Below, piece after piece: positions 1 to 13,545 of a stretch of DNA of 64,000 nucleotides. Location: the NCBI GenBank assembly GCA_951406725.2, contig OX597833.1:53072001-53136000 (forward strand), read 5' to 3'. The translations under genes and the position numbers were made by a program. The number at the start of each line of letters is the position of its first letter. Positions within the stretch are counted from its first letter, which is position 1. The notes below the pieces were generated by a model. The model had not been told where the DNA came from, searched no databases, and worked only from the letters and a program-made list of their open reading frames with translations. This stretch comes from Octopus vulgaris. Lineage: Eukaryota.

Positions 1-263
1 GATGTAATCGACTTAATCCGTTTGTCTGTCCTTGTTTGTCCCCTCTGTGTTTAGCCCCTTGTGGGTAATAAAGAAATAGGTATTTCGTCTGTCGTTACGT
101 TCTGAGTTCAAATTCCGCCGGGGTCGACTTTGCCTTTTATCCTTTGGGGGTCGATAAATAAAGTACCTGTTTCGCACTGGGGTCGATGTAATCGACTTAA
201 TCCCTTTGTCTGTCCTTGTTTGTCCCCTCTATGTTTAGCCCCTTGTGGGTGGTAAAGAAATAA
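1..263 (+). mobile_element. SINE family A (tRNA-derived), tandem body/tail units, cut by the window edge
   Basis: B-box GAGTTCAAATTCC, core GGTCGACTTTGCCTTT..ATCCTTT.GGGGTCGATAAA (resembles the MetaSINE domain, from recall), tail TTTAGCCCCTTGTGGG; recurs more than 15 times in the window. Confidence 0.85.
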
Positions 264-526
264 TAAAAGGACAGTTTAGACATAATATTCATACGCTGAG
301 CTCGGTTTCGATGGTGATACCTCTATCAGATCACACACGATTTTCGATCTCTCTAAAGCGTTTTCAATCTTCAGATTTATTTCAGATTCAAGGTGAGAGA
401 GAGAGAGAGAGATAGAGAGACAGAGAGAAACAGAGAGAGAGAAAGTGCTGCGAAAGTAGACGAAAGATTCAACCACGCACATACACACACACAACATATA
501 TATATATATCAATATATATATACATA

Positions 527-941
<415 letters not shown>

Positions 942-944
<3 letters not shown>

Positions 945-1180
945 GCGGCGAGCTGGCAGAATCGTTAGCACGCCGGACGAAATGCTTAGCAGTATTTCGT
1001 CTGCCGCTACGTTCTGAGTTCAAATTCCGCCGAGGTCGACTTTGCCTTTCATCCTTTCGGGGTCGATTAAATAAGTACCAGTTATGCACTGGGAACGATA
1101 TAATCGACTTAATCCGTTTGTCTCTTTCCTTGTTTGTCCCTTCTGTGTTTAGCCCCTTGTGGGTAGTAAAGAAATAGGTA
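942..1180 (+). mobile_element. SINE family A, full length
   Basis: A-box TGGCAGAATCG, B-box GAGTTCAAATTCC, core and tail all present. Confidence 0.9.
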
Positions 1181-1256
1181 TATATATATTGATATATATA
1201 TATATGTTGTGTGTAGTGTATGTGCGTGGTTGAATCTTTCGTCTACTTTCGCAACA

Positions 1257-1314
<58 letters not shown>

Positions 1315-1803
1315 TTGAATCTGAAATAAATCTGAAGATCGAAAACGCTTTAGAAAGCTCGAAAATCACGTGTGACCTGATAGAGGTATCACCATCGTCA
1401 GCGTATGAATAATATTATTTCTTTACTACCCACAAGGGGCTAAACATAGAGGGGACAAACAAGGACATATATATATATATATATATATATCCCTTTATGT
1501 GTGTGTTTGTGTACACATATATATATGTGTGAAAGGGTAAAGACACCTGCTTTTGTTTTGATTTTAAGATTGCAAAAATCGACCTTGTTTGTAAAATATT
1601 TTGAAATTTGGTTTGCACCCACTAAGTAAATTTCGTTCCCGTGGTTAAGTACGGCTCAAAATATATGCAGGTTCAAAAACAAAAAAAAAATATAAATAAA
1701 CAACAACAAAAACTTCTCACGTATATTTACTTATATAATTATTGCTTATTTATTACGAAGTCCTTAAATTTTCAGTCCGTGATAAATATATTGCTCTGTT
1801 TTA

Positions 1804-2248
1804 GGATCTTTTCTGTTTGACCGGCAGTTTTTTCTAGCGGTGTCATATGAAATTGTCACCCATAGTTATGATCCTAGTATCGATCTATTGCATTTCAATT
1901 TGTTTCAGGGTTAGGGTTAGTTAGGGTTAGGGTTAGGGTTAGGGTTATGTGTGGGGGGAAGAGTATCTTTTTTTCTTCACAAATGTAAATAAACCCAATC
2001 TGTTTCTTAAACGAGGGACATATTCATACGGCACAAAATGCTTTTTAACTCAATAGACGTCAGTGATTGGTTGAAATTGCAGAAATTGAAGAAAAAAGCA
2101 GCAAATGTCTTACAAACTATAGAATTTTCTCAATAAAGCCAAGAGAAAAAGATGTTTTATAGACACATTGTACCAGTATACGAAGCTTAAATTTTTTTAG
2201 TTACCTAGAAATTATGTTAAAAAACTGCCGTTCAAACTGAAAAGATCC
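1804..2248 (+). mobile_element. MITE with GG-terminal TIRs, 8-bp TSD (Merlin-like) and internal (TTAGGG)n
   Basis: TIRs GGATCTTTTCTGTTTGACCGGCAGTTTTT / AAAAACTGCCGTTCAAACTGAAAAGATCC; TSD CTGTTTTA/CTGCTTTA. Confidence 0.9.
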
Positions 2249-2768
2249 CTGCTTTATTCTTTGTATTTTCTGTTTTATTCGTGACATAACCTGGCGTATA
2301 TGTTTTATCTTTTATCATTTACTTGTTTCAGTCATTAGACTACAGCCATGCCTGGGCACCGACTTAAATGATTTTTGTCGAACGTTTTAATAACAAACGT
2401 GACATTTTCTCGAGCCTTTTTATAGAATTGATAGAGATCTTGGTTAAATTCGAAGGCCCATTGAAACACCTCACGATAATTCCGTGACGTACGATAACTG
2501 ACTTCAGTCTCACTGTCCAGTCCTGGTACTTCTAGTGGTAATTCCACGTGTTGAGTTTCAGTTAATCTTTCTCCGATTGGTAATTAATATAATTCTTCAT
2601 TCACAAAGAATGGTACCCTACAATTTTTTCTTTAACAATGACACAATTTCTAGTCGATGGTATTCGTTACAAGAAAGATGAACAGTCACCTTATGCCGAC
2701 GTGACTCCGACACCACAAAACAGGCGGACGGGCACACACACACACACACACACACACACGCATGCATT

Positions 2769-2812
<44 letters not shown>

Positions 2813-2900
2813 TATATATATATATATATTTGTGTGTTCAATGTATGTGTATATGTACATACATATAAAAATCTACCCTCGTACATAGATAGATAGATAG

Positions 2901-2987
<87 letters not shown>

Positions 2988-3011
2988 TAGTTTTTAGTTA
3001 GATAGATAGAT

Positions 3012-3104
<93 letters not shown>

Positions 3105-3556
3105 TGTATACATATATTTCTACCCGTGTATGTGTATAGGGATACGTACATATATACGTACATAAATACATACGCACATAACACACAAATGTATGCATAG
3201 GCATGCATGCCAGAGTCTCCATAAACATTTTTTTTTTTGTTACGCCGCTACTAAATTTTTAACTCGTTGTCTAGTCAATCGAATGAGCGTCAGTTCACGC
3301 CTCGTATATGCCTGGTACTTATTGCAGCTGGCGGGCTGAAAAAACAAACTCTCTGCCCCAAGAGGATTCAACATAAAACACAAAGCTTGATAGTAAATAT
3401 TGTAAAGCATTTCACCATTTTGTAAGTGACTTTGCACGCTTACAGAGCACGCAAACCCAAACCCAAACACACAGATACATATATATATACATATATATAT
3501 ATATAGAGAGAGAGAGAGAGCGAGAGAGTGAGAGAGAACAAAGTGAATGTACGCCG

Positions 3557-3604
<48 letters not shown>

Positions 3605-3608
<4 letters not shown>

Positions 3609-3930
3609 ACGTACAAAATAGGACAAGAACGCAAAACATCCGGACAACTAAGTGATACAAAAAGGGACAACAAAACATCCAGATAGACGATACAAAAAAG
3701 CAAGGACGGGTCATTCGAAGCTTTCTATCCTAACTCAATGACCGGATCATCCACGCAATTTCGACAGATTAATCTTGAGATTGCTCCAATCTGGCCAACT
3801 CCAAGGAAAAACTAAGCTAAAAACATTAGATTCCTTGGAAATGAAAGCATCGAATGTATACGAAAACAAGGACGGAATAACAGACGATGTTACACGAATA
3901 TAAATACAAAAATACAATAAAAATAACAAT
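3605..3930 (-). mobile_element. Probable non-autonomous repeat adjoining (TA)n (Penelope-type termini?)
   Basis: GGACAAGAACGCAAAACATCC recurs at ~16144; abuts (TA)n; only eroded hammerhead-like words. Confidence 0.4.
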
Positions 3931-4014
3931 ATATATACATATGCATGAATATATGTGCATATCGATTCACACGCACGTTTGTGTGCGTGTGTGCGTGTGT
4001 GTGCGTGTGTTTTA

Positions 4015-4213
4015 TCTTTTATCTTTTACTTGTTTCAGTCATTAAAGGGTTTTAATCCAAGGGTTTTAGTCCAAGAGATCGGCTCCAGTGCTTAATATAT
4101 TCTTAAGCGTAGACCATATTCTATCGTAATCTTTTGACGAATTACTATGTTACGGGAACATAAACATATAATCACCGGTTGTCAAACGGTGGTGGGTGAT
4201 AAGCACAGGCAGA

Positions 4214-4285
<72 letters not shown>

Positions 4286-4430
4286 TACGGCGAGCTTCCT
4301 TCAGTTTCCGTCAACGAAATCCACTCACAAGTCTTTGGTCGGTCCGAGGCTATAATAGAAGACACTTGCTCAAGGTGCCACTGAACGGGACTGAACCCGG
4401 AACCATATTGTTCAGAAGCAAGCAAGTTAC
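4015..4430 (-). mobile_element. SINE family B, diverged
   Basis: Matches family B body and tail with internal (CA)n. Confidence 0.8.
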
Positions 4431-5103
4431 GTAAGGTAATTTTTTTAAAATAAAATTTGATAAAATGTGTCCTAATTTTTTTTTTTTTAATGTCTGTGTA
4501 GTTAAGAAGTTCACTCGACAAGTACATGGTTTCACATTCAACACCCTGGGTAAGATGTCATCGATAACAGCCGTGGGTCAACCAACGTTTTCTGAGTTCA
4601 TCTAGTAGAGGAAAATTGAGTGGCAGCTCAACGTACACGTGTGTGTTTCTCCCCGAATTCCTTGACAACACTGCAAGAAATACACTGGAATCTTGTAAAA
4701 TTCGATAATCAAAAACACTAGACAATCATGGCTAGAAGGCTTTTAATAAATATAAGCTGGCCGCGTACTAAACAGCAACAAATATAGTCAAGTGGGACGG
4801 CTGTGAAGTACTCTCTCTTTAAAACGAAGATGGCCGCCGTGTCATAAGAGGAAAACTATTATAAACTGTTTAAAATTAAATTACATCTGTTTCGAATTTC
4901 AAATTTCAACTGTTTGACGACTTCAATACATTTAGAATTATTTATTTATTTTATCCCCCAGCTCGTGATAATTGGTTTCAAGTTCTGTTTAAAATGTTCC
5001 GATTACCGACAGGGCAGATTGCAGTATGAAGTGAGTGGTGGCGGTGGTGGATGTTGTTGACGTGGAAATGCAGTATCCGTATGTGTGTTTACGTTTATCT
5101 GCA

Positions 5104-5159
<56 letters not shown>

Positions 5160-5294
5160 AATATGTCTGTATGTTTGTGTTCCTGTGAATATTTACAAGC
5201 GTACGCAGTCATTTCAATATAAACCTTCACTAATGAATGCAAATACTTGACGTAAAGACGTAACCGTCCAATCGTACAAATGTATATATGTATA

Positions 5295-5347
<53 letters not shown>

Positions 5348-5392
5348 CGTATGATTGCATGTATGATTGCATGTATGTATGTATGTATGTAT

Positions 5393-5444
<52 letters not shown>

Positions 5445-6584
5445 CGTATGATTGCATGTGTGTTTGTGTGTTATTAGTTGTAAACAAACTAAGTACATAT
5501 ATGTACGTATGTATGTATGTATGTATGTGTGTATGTATGTATGTATATATATATGTATGTATGCATGCACGTGCATGTGTGTGTAGGTAACTATGATGTA
5601 TGCACGGTCTTAATATTTATTTAGTATTTTGATAAATATTAAGAGACTACGTCTACATTCATTATATACATTCCTCGCCACCCCTCGAAAAAATACAAAC
5701 ACCCATGTACATAAATGTATGCACACATTCATATTCATATACAGGTGCTTATGTATGTCTGTGCATGTACATATATATATATATACGTACATGCATATAT
5801 ATATACATACAAATATAATTACAGCGCTGTGTGCAGATGTGTAAGTCCTTATGTAGTAAGTACGTGTATTGTTCAATTTGAAATATATGCATATACTATA
5901 ATATACTATATTGTACTATAATATACATAGGTACATGGCTACGTATGTAGATACATGTATGAGTATATATGTGCGTTTACATGTATATATATATATATAT
6001 ATGTGAGAATGTATGTGCTGGTGTGTATAAATTTATATTGTATTTGTGTTTAGGTGAGAGAGAGCAAGGGGGAGAGAGATACAGAGGGAGAAAGCCCGCG
6101 CGCGGGAGGGAGAGAGAGGTTGGAGAGGGAACAGGGGCGCGTGGGAGAGGAGATTTGGCTGCGTAGAGCAATATTTACATTGAATAAGGTAATCGTTTTT
6201 ATCAGTTGAAACTGAAGACCCGCTATCCAAACGCCATCCAAAGTAATGTAATGTCTAAGTAATCGCGAACTGATCTTTTTATAACAGAGGATGCCGTCCT
6301 GTCTGGATACTTACCCAACCAATATATTTTAGGTTCTTGGCCCAACCTCCCAACCTTAACCACCACCCGCCTCCTAACTGTAAGGCAACTCATCCCTGCA
6401 ACTGACAGAAGGTTAATAAGTTCGTGTTGACTTTTAAATCGAAATACACCGAGATCAGAATCTCATATCGTGTTCTAAACAATGTTACAGTCAAATCTGT
6501 TCCGCCTCCATGCGCCACACACGCACACAATCCGCATACACAACGCATACACACCACACAGAGAGGCATACATACATACATATA

Positions 6585-6634
<50 letters not shown>

Positions 6635-6637
<3 letters not shown>

Positions 6638-7035
6638 CGCAGGAGTGGCTGTGTGGTAAGTAGCTTGTTTACCAACCACATGGTTCCGGGTTCAGTCCCA
6701 CCGCGTGGCACCTTGGGCAAGCGTCTTCTACTATAGCCTCGGGCCGACCAAAGCCTTGTGAGTAGATTTGGTAGACGGAAACTGAAAGAAGCCCGTCGTA
6801 TATATGTATATGTATATATATATGTGTGTGTGTGTGTGTCTGTGTTTGTCCCCTCCCAACATCGCTTGACAACCGATGCTGGTGTGTTTATGTCCCCGTT
6901 ACTTAGCGGTTCGGCAAAGAGACCGATAGAATAAGCACTGGGCTTACAAAAGAATAAGATCCGGGGTCGAGTTGCTCGATTAAAGGTGGTGCTCCAGCAT
7001 GGCTGCAGTCAAATGACTGAAACAAGTAAAAGAGT
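6635..7035 (+). mobile_element. SINE family B (tRNA-derived head, internal microsatellite), full length
   Basis: Head GGCGCAGGAGTGGCTGTGTGGTAAG, B-box GGTTCAGTCCC, internal (TA)n(TG)n, tail GACTGAAACAAGTAAAAGAG; ~20 copies or fragments in the window. Confidence 0.9.
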
Positions 7036-7055
7036 ATATATACAAACATATATAT

Positions 7056-7286
7056 ATTTCTTTACTACCCACAAGGGGCTAAACTCAGAGGGAACAAACA
7101 AGGACAGACAAACGGATTAAGTCGATTACATCGACTCCAGTGCGTAACCGGTACTTAATTTATCGATCCCGAAAGGATGAAAGGCGAAGTCGATCTCGGC
7201 GGAATTTGAACTCAGAACGTAACGGCAGACGAAATACGGCTACGCATTTCGCCCGGCGTGCTAATGTTTCTGCCAGCTCGCCGCCG

Positions 7287-7287
<1 letters not shown>
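7056..7287 (-). mobile_element. SINE family A
   Basis: Full head-to-tail match on the minus strand. Confidence 0.9.
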
Positions 7288-7368
<81 letters not shown>

Positions 7369-7480
7369 GTATGTGTGTGTGTGTGTGCGTGTGTGTGTGT
7401 ATACTTTGCCTACGCTATTGTTCATACTTTATAAGATGGCTTTTTGTCCTGCTTATATACACATATGTGTTTATAAATAT

Positions 7481-8329
7481 GGCCTCCGGAACTGCCAGGT
7501 CACGTGATTTCGCCCTTCCTTGGGATTGTCAATGACAGATGTCCAGCTAGACATTACAACCGATATATAAAAAATCGCATTGTCTATTCAGACACTGGTT
7601 TCGTAAATAACCAGTGGGCTTATTAAAAATTAATTTATAGGAACAGAGCCAGCATTAAAATCTGAAGACAATAGTTAACTCCTACTTAAAATGGAAGTTG
7701 TGATAGAACATAGAATACTGCCTTGTTTACTACGAGAGAACCTCTCATATAGACCTGTGGTGCATAAATGCACTAGTGTTTATATTGCTGACGGGCGATA
7801 ACCATTCGCTACGGTTGCCGAAACTTTCAGATCACGTTATTTCGCTTTTCCTTTGGCTTGTTAGTGACAGATGGGATCTTTTCGGTTTGACCGACAGTTT
7901 TTTCTAGCAGTGTCATATGAAATTGTCACCCATAATTATGACCCTAGTATCGAGCTATTGCATTTCAATTTGTTTTAGGGTTGGGGTTAGAGTTAGTGTT
8001 AGGGTTAGTGTTAGGGGTGGGGGAGGGTATGTTTTTTTCTTCAGAAATGTAAATAAACCCAATCTGTTTCTTAAACGAGGGATATATTCATACGGCACAG
8101 AATGTTTCACCTCAATAGACGTCATTGATTGGTTTAAATTGCAGAAATTGAAGAAAAAAAACAACAAATATCTTACAAACTATAGAATTTTCTCAATAAA
8201 GCCAAGAGAAAAAGATGTTTTATAAACACATTCTACCAGTATACGAAGTTTAAAAGTGTTTAGTAACGTAGAAATTATTTTAAAAAACTGCCGGTCAAAC
8301 CCAAAAGATCCGACAAGATGTCCAGCTAG
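7481..8329 (+). mobile_element. Decayed 332-bp partial-tandem element with eroded hammerhead, interrupted by a MITE
   Basis: 7481-7550 repeats at 7813-7873 + 8321-8329; CTGACG-GGC(GAT)AACC...GGTTGCC-GAAAC at 7788-7824. Confidence 0.55.
7874..8311 (+). mobile_element. Merlin-like MITE copy
   Basis: Both TIRs; TSD GACAGATG/GACAAGATG; empty site seen in the paralogous repeat at 7534-7550. Confidence 0.9.
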
Positions 8330-8516
8330 GCTCGGCAGCCGATTCTCCTGTCAGGTAATCCAAACACTGAACTCTTAAAAATCGTAATCATTCTAGAAAG
8401 AACGGGTTCATCCACATGTGTGTGTTATATTCTAGTCAAAGTGCTGTGCACGAATCCCTTGGCCTTTGAGTCGCTTCTGTAACTTTTCTGTTCTCTGTAT
8501 GTAAAGAAATTTACAT

Positions 8517-8682
8517 AGGCGCAGGAGTGGCTGTGTGATAAGTAGCTTGCTAACCAACCACATGGTTCCGGGTTCAGTCCCACTGCGTGGAATCTTGGGC
8601 AAGTGTCTTCTGCTATAGCCCCGGGCCGACCAATGCCTTGTGAGTGGATTTGGTAGATGGAAACTGAAAGAAGCCTGTCGTA

Positions 8683-8756
<74 letters not shown>

Positions 8757-8963
8757 AGTTTGTGTGTCTGTGTTTGTCCCCCTAGCATTGCTTGACAACC
8801 GATGCTGGTGTGTTTACGTCCCCGTCACTTAGCGGTTCGGCAAAAGAGACTGATAGAATAAGTACTTACAAAGAATAATCCCGGGGTCGATTTGCTCGAC
8901 TAAAGGCGGTGCTCCAGCATGGCCGCAGTCGAATGACTGAAACAAGTAAAAGAGTAAAAGAGT
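8517..8963 (+). mobile_element. SINE family B, full length
   Basis: Head, internal microsatellite and (GTAAAAGA)n tail. Confidence 0.9.
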
Positions 8964-9227
8964 ATAGTTATGTACTGAGTATTACTTCTCCTCTCTGTGT
9001 ATGCTTCAAAATTAATCCCACATGCAGTGTTGCATAAGTGATAGAACTTTCGCTTACGGATACACGTATATGCAAATACATCGCATTCATATAAGCACAG
9101 ATCTCTGAAACTCTGTTCAAAGGAGGAGACCATGGCACTTTGTATAAAAGACCTACTTAAATTATGCAAAGAACTTCGAAAATATCTCAAAGAAACTATA
9201 GGCGTAGGCGTGGCTGTGTGGTAAGAA

Positions 9228-9353
9228 GTCCATTGTTGGACATAGGACATTTGCCCAAGGTGCTACGCAATAGGACTGAACCCAACCACATTATTCTGGG
9301 TTCAGTCCCATTGCGTAGCACCTTGAGCAAATGTCCTATGTCCAACAATGGAC
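9228..9353. repeat. 57-bp foldback hairpin derived from a SINE B head
   Basis: Arms 9228-9284 and 9297-9353, two mismatches, 12-nt loop. Confidence 0.9.
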
Positions 9354-9510
9354 AACTGTTTCGAAACCTCCAGCTTCTATATCCGGATTCCAAATTTTAG
9401 ATTTATACAAATAATAATTTGAATACTTGGTTTTTGTAAGTAAATACCTAACTGCCAGTCCGGATGAGCTTGGATTTTCAGACAAATAATTCAACCCACT
9501 GATTTGTTAA

Positions 9511-9942
9511 TCTCTCTCTATATAAACGGCAGTTTGTCTGTCTGTGTGTCTGTCAGGTTGTACCCTCACCCTGACTACGGCTTTCGACCGATTCTGATGA
9601 AACTCGACACACACATAGCCCAATGTCATAATTCAAAACTAACGCAGCGAAAATTTTGAAAAGTTCCCCCAGTTCTGAAAAAATCGATAAATTCGACATG
9701 GGGTCGAGAATCTAAGCTTTTTATATGCAACACATTTTCTGGACTGTACGTAATGATGTTTTCATGTTTTCGCCCAAAGGGACAGCTAGGAACATAGTAT
9801 ACACAGAAGTATTTGAGTAAAGAGAAGACATTGCAACCTACACATGCGCCTTCGTTCCCTAGAGGGAAAGGACTAGATTGGGATTAGTCGTTGCCTACTA
9901 GGGGCTCTTACATACCCGGGCAATGCCGGGCTATGCTGCTAG
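9511..9942 (+). mobile_element. Non-autonomous Helitron (family 1)
   Basis: A|TC start, subterminal hairpin CCCGGGCAATGCCGGG, CTAG|T end, no TSD. Confidence 0.8.
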
Positions 9943-10312
9943 TTACAAATACAATCTGTAAGAGGAACAGTAAAAATGTGCAAGACTGTTATGTCGCAAT
10001 ACTACACAGTGGCTGCGTGTTCTACGAAATCCTCGCCACCACTGTTATGTCGCATGTTCGGATGCCTTCTACTCAACTCTCACCGCTACTCTGCTTCTCT
10101 ACCACGTCTAGACTTCTCCCTCTATATCTACGTATTGCGCTAGCCTACTTCATCGTCTGGGGGCGGGCGTCCACACAACAAAGACTCTTCTTGGGTTTAA
10201 AATGTGACATTGTTTTCGTTATCTACATTCCAACTGTGGAGCTTTGTGTCTTTGTTAGAAACCAGCTCCTTCTGCGGAGGAAGAATTTTGAAAATACTCA
10301 AAGACAGCAAAG

Positions 10313-10395
10313 AACATACATACATACATACATACATACATACATACATACATACATAGAAACAAACACACACACACACACACACACACATACAT

Positions 10396-10426
<31 letters not shown>

Positions 10427-10659
10427 GACATACATACAAACACACATACATACATACATACAAACACACACGCATACATACATACATACATACATTCGTA
10501 CGTACATACATACATACATACATACATACATACATACATACATTTGTACATACATACAGACATACATACATATATATATTCGTACATACATACATACATA
10601 CATACATACATACACACACACATACATACATACATACATACATACATACATACATACAT

Positions 10660-10690
<31 letters not shown>

Positions 10691-10771
10691 TGCATGCATA
10701 CATACATACATACATACATACATACATACATACATACAAACACACATACATACATACATACATACATACAT

Positions 10772-10804
<33 letters not shown>

Positions 10805-10950
10805 TACATACATACATACATACATACATACATACATACATACATACATACATACATACATACATAGAAATACAGACACACATACATACATACATACATA
10901 CATACATACATACATACATACATACATACATACATTACATTACATTACAT
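10313..10950. repeat. (TACA)n/(CA)n compound microsatellite
   Basis: Read directly; source of the 200-365 aa HTYI/MYVC ORFs. Confidence 0.95.
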
Positions 10951-11315
10951 GGCACTCCGTCGGTTACGACGACGAGGGTTCCAGTTGATCTGATCAACGG
11001 AACAACCTGCTCGTGAAATTAACATGCATGTGGCTGAGCACTCCACAGACACATGACCCTGAACGTAGTTGTCGGGGAGATTCAGCGTGACACAGAGTGT
11101 GACAAGGCTGGCCCTTTGAAATACAGATACAACAGAAACAGGAAGAAAGAGTGAGAGAAAGTTGTGGTGAAAGAGTACAGCAGGGATCACCACCACCCAC
11201 TGCTGGAGTCCCATGGAGCTTTAGGTGTTTTCGGGCAATAAACACTCACAACGCCCGGTCTGGGAGTCGAAACCGCGAGTCTGCTGCCCTAACCACTGGG
11301 CCATTGCGCCTCCAC
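10951..11315 (-). mobile_element. SINE family C (tRNA-derived head) with tail type 1
   Basis: Head GGAGGCGCAATGGCCCAGTGG; tail ...GTCGTAACCGACGGAGTGCC shared with 33070-33226 and 35240-35400. Confidence 0.85.
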
Positions 11316-11350
11316 ACATACATACATGCGTACATACATACATACATACA

Positions 11351-11384
<34 letters not shown>

Positions 11385-11669
11385 CATACATACATGCATA
11401 AATAAATACATACATACATACATACATACATACATACATACATACATACATACATACATACATACATACATAACAAAACTCCGGTTCCTTCGCCATCCTT
11501 CAACACGGATATCCTTCTGTAGAATACCGAATCCGAGGTATTACTGTAGGCAGTATGTATACAACCGAAAGCGATTATAGAATATCTGTTTGGTTCGAAT
11601 GTCTTCTGATTCAAGATACCAACGGTGGATGTCGGACCGCTCTCGACAAAAAATGAAAAAAATACCTTT

Positions 11670-11751
<82 letters not shown>

Positions 11752-12209
11752 CTATACATGTGTAGTCTCTCTCATGTTGTAAAGTTATCGGCGATATCGC
11801 TTGAGACTATATGAAAACATAAGGTAACACGTATTGGACAAACAATACCTGTCTTTATACAGCTGCTATCGCTTTTAAAACAACACGCGCAGGGGATACT
11901 TGAAGTGCACGTTGTAATGAAATTACCAAAAACGTTTAAACCACCCAGGTGGATAACAACAAAGTGAAAGGAGAAGATCAACAACTGCTCACAGTATCAG
12001 AACATATTAGATATTATCGTAAGAATGTAAGGTCAACCTTTATCTTCAGTACACGCTCCACGCTTTATCTTATGTAACTTGGCCCCTGTTTAAAGCTTAT
12101 ATAACTTGTTCTCTGTTTAAACTAAAAGCGAATTGGTCAGTATATTATCTTAACTGCCAGATTTCTTTCATTGTCCACAACAGAGTAAAAAAAAAAAATG
12201 AAAAGAGTA

Positions 12210-12443
12210 TACTCTTTTACTCTCTTTTACTCTTTTACTTGTTTCAGTCATTTGACTTGCGGCCATGCTGGAGCACCGCCTTTAATCGAGCAATTCGGAC
12301 CCCGGGACGTATTCTTTTGTAGGCCCAGTACTTATTCTATCGGTCTCTTTTGCCGAACCGCTAAGTGACGGGGTCATAAACACACCAGCACCGGTTGTCA
12401 ATCAATGCTAGGGAGACAAACACAAACACACAAACACACACAC

Positions 12444-12512
<69 letters not shown>

Positions 12513-12918
12513 TACGACAGGCTTCTTTCAGTTTCCATCTACCAAGTCCACTCACAAGGCATTGGTCGGCCCGAGCAGTTCGACCCCGGGACGTATTCTT
12601 TTGTAAGCCCAGTACTTATTCTATCGGTCTCTTTTTGCCGAACCGCTAAGTGACGGGGTCATAAACACACCAGCACCGGTTGTCAATCAATGCTAGGGGG
12701 ACAAACACAGACACACAAACGCACACACGCATACATATGTATACATTTATACGATGGACTTCTTTCAGTTTCCGTCTACCAAATCCACTCACAAGGCTTT
12801 GGTCGGCCCGAGGCTAAAGTAGAAGACACTTACCCAAGGTGCCACGCAGTGGGACTGAACCCGGAACCATGCGGTTGGTAAGCAAGCTACTTACCACACA
12901 GCCACCCCTGTGCCTATG
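12210..12918 (-). mobile_element. SINE family B with internally duplicated 3' portion
   Basis: 12289-12571 is repeated at 12574-12810, followed by a single head. Confidence 0.85.
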
Positions 12919-12999
12919 TATTGATTGCTTTTGGTTTCACAAGAGTTTGATCATTACCCGGCATCTTTCCTTTCGTTTAAATAGATCTTTTTACGTTTT

Positions 13000-13477
13000 T
13001 TCTCTCCTCTGTCTGTCTATTCGTCTCTCTCTCTCTCTCTTTTGTTTCTCTCTCTCTCTCTCCTTTGTTTCTCTCTCTCTCTCTTTTGTTTCTCTCTCTC
13101 TCTCTCTTGTTTTATCTCTCTCTCTCTCTTCTCTCTCTTTCTCTCTAACTATCTCTCTCTTTCTGTCAATTTCTATGTCTCTCACTTTCTATCTCAATTT
13201 TTCTCTCTCCCCCTCTCTTTTTCCGTCAATTTCTTTCTCTCTGCTCTCTCTCTTCTCTACCCCTCCCTCTCTCTCTCTTTATCACTATCTCTCCCTCTCT
13301 CTCTCTTTCTATCTCTATCTCTCCCTGTTCTCTCTCTCTCTCTTTATATCTCTATCTCTCCCTGTTCTCTCTCTATCTCTATCTCTATCTCCCTCTCTAT
13401 CTCCCTCTCTCTATCTCCCTCTCCCTCCCCCCTCTCTCTCTCTATCTATCTATCTATCTATCTCTATCTCTCTCTGT

Positions 13478-13512
<35 letters not shown>

Positions 13513-13545
13513 CTATCTCTCCCTCTCTCTCCCTCTCTCTCTTCT
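13000..13545. repeat. CT-rich polypyrimidine microsatellite tract
   Basis: Read directly; source of the S/L-rich ORFs. Confidence 0.95.

Noticed and set aside
276-512. HLESEINLKIENALE peptide seen twice (276-512 and 1209-1412)
   Set aside because: Recurs only because of the inverted duplication; the ORFs are built on microsatellites
1907-1950. TTAGGG runs as evidence of a telomere or fusion site
   Set aside because: Short and internal to a dispersed MITE
9891-10988. 365-aa ORF and the many other YI/HT/CV/LS-rich ORFs
   Set aside because: Translations of microsatellites that lack stop codons
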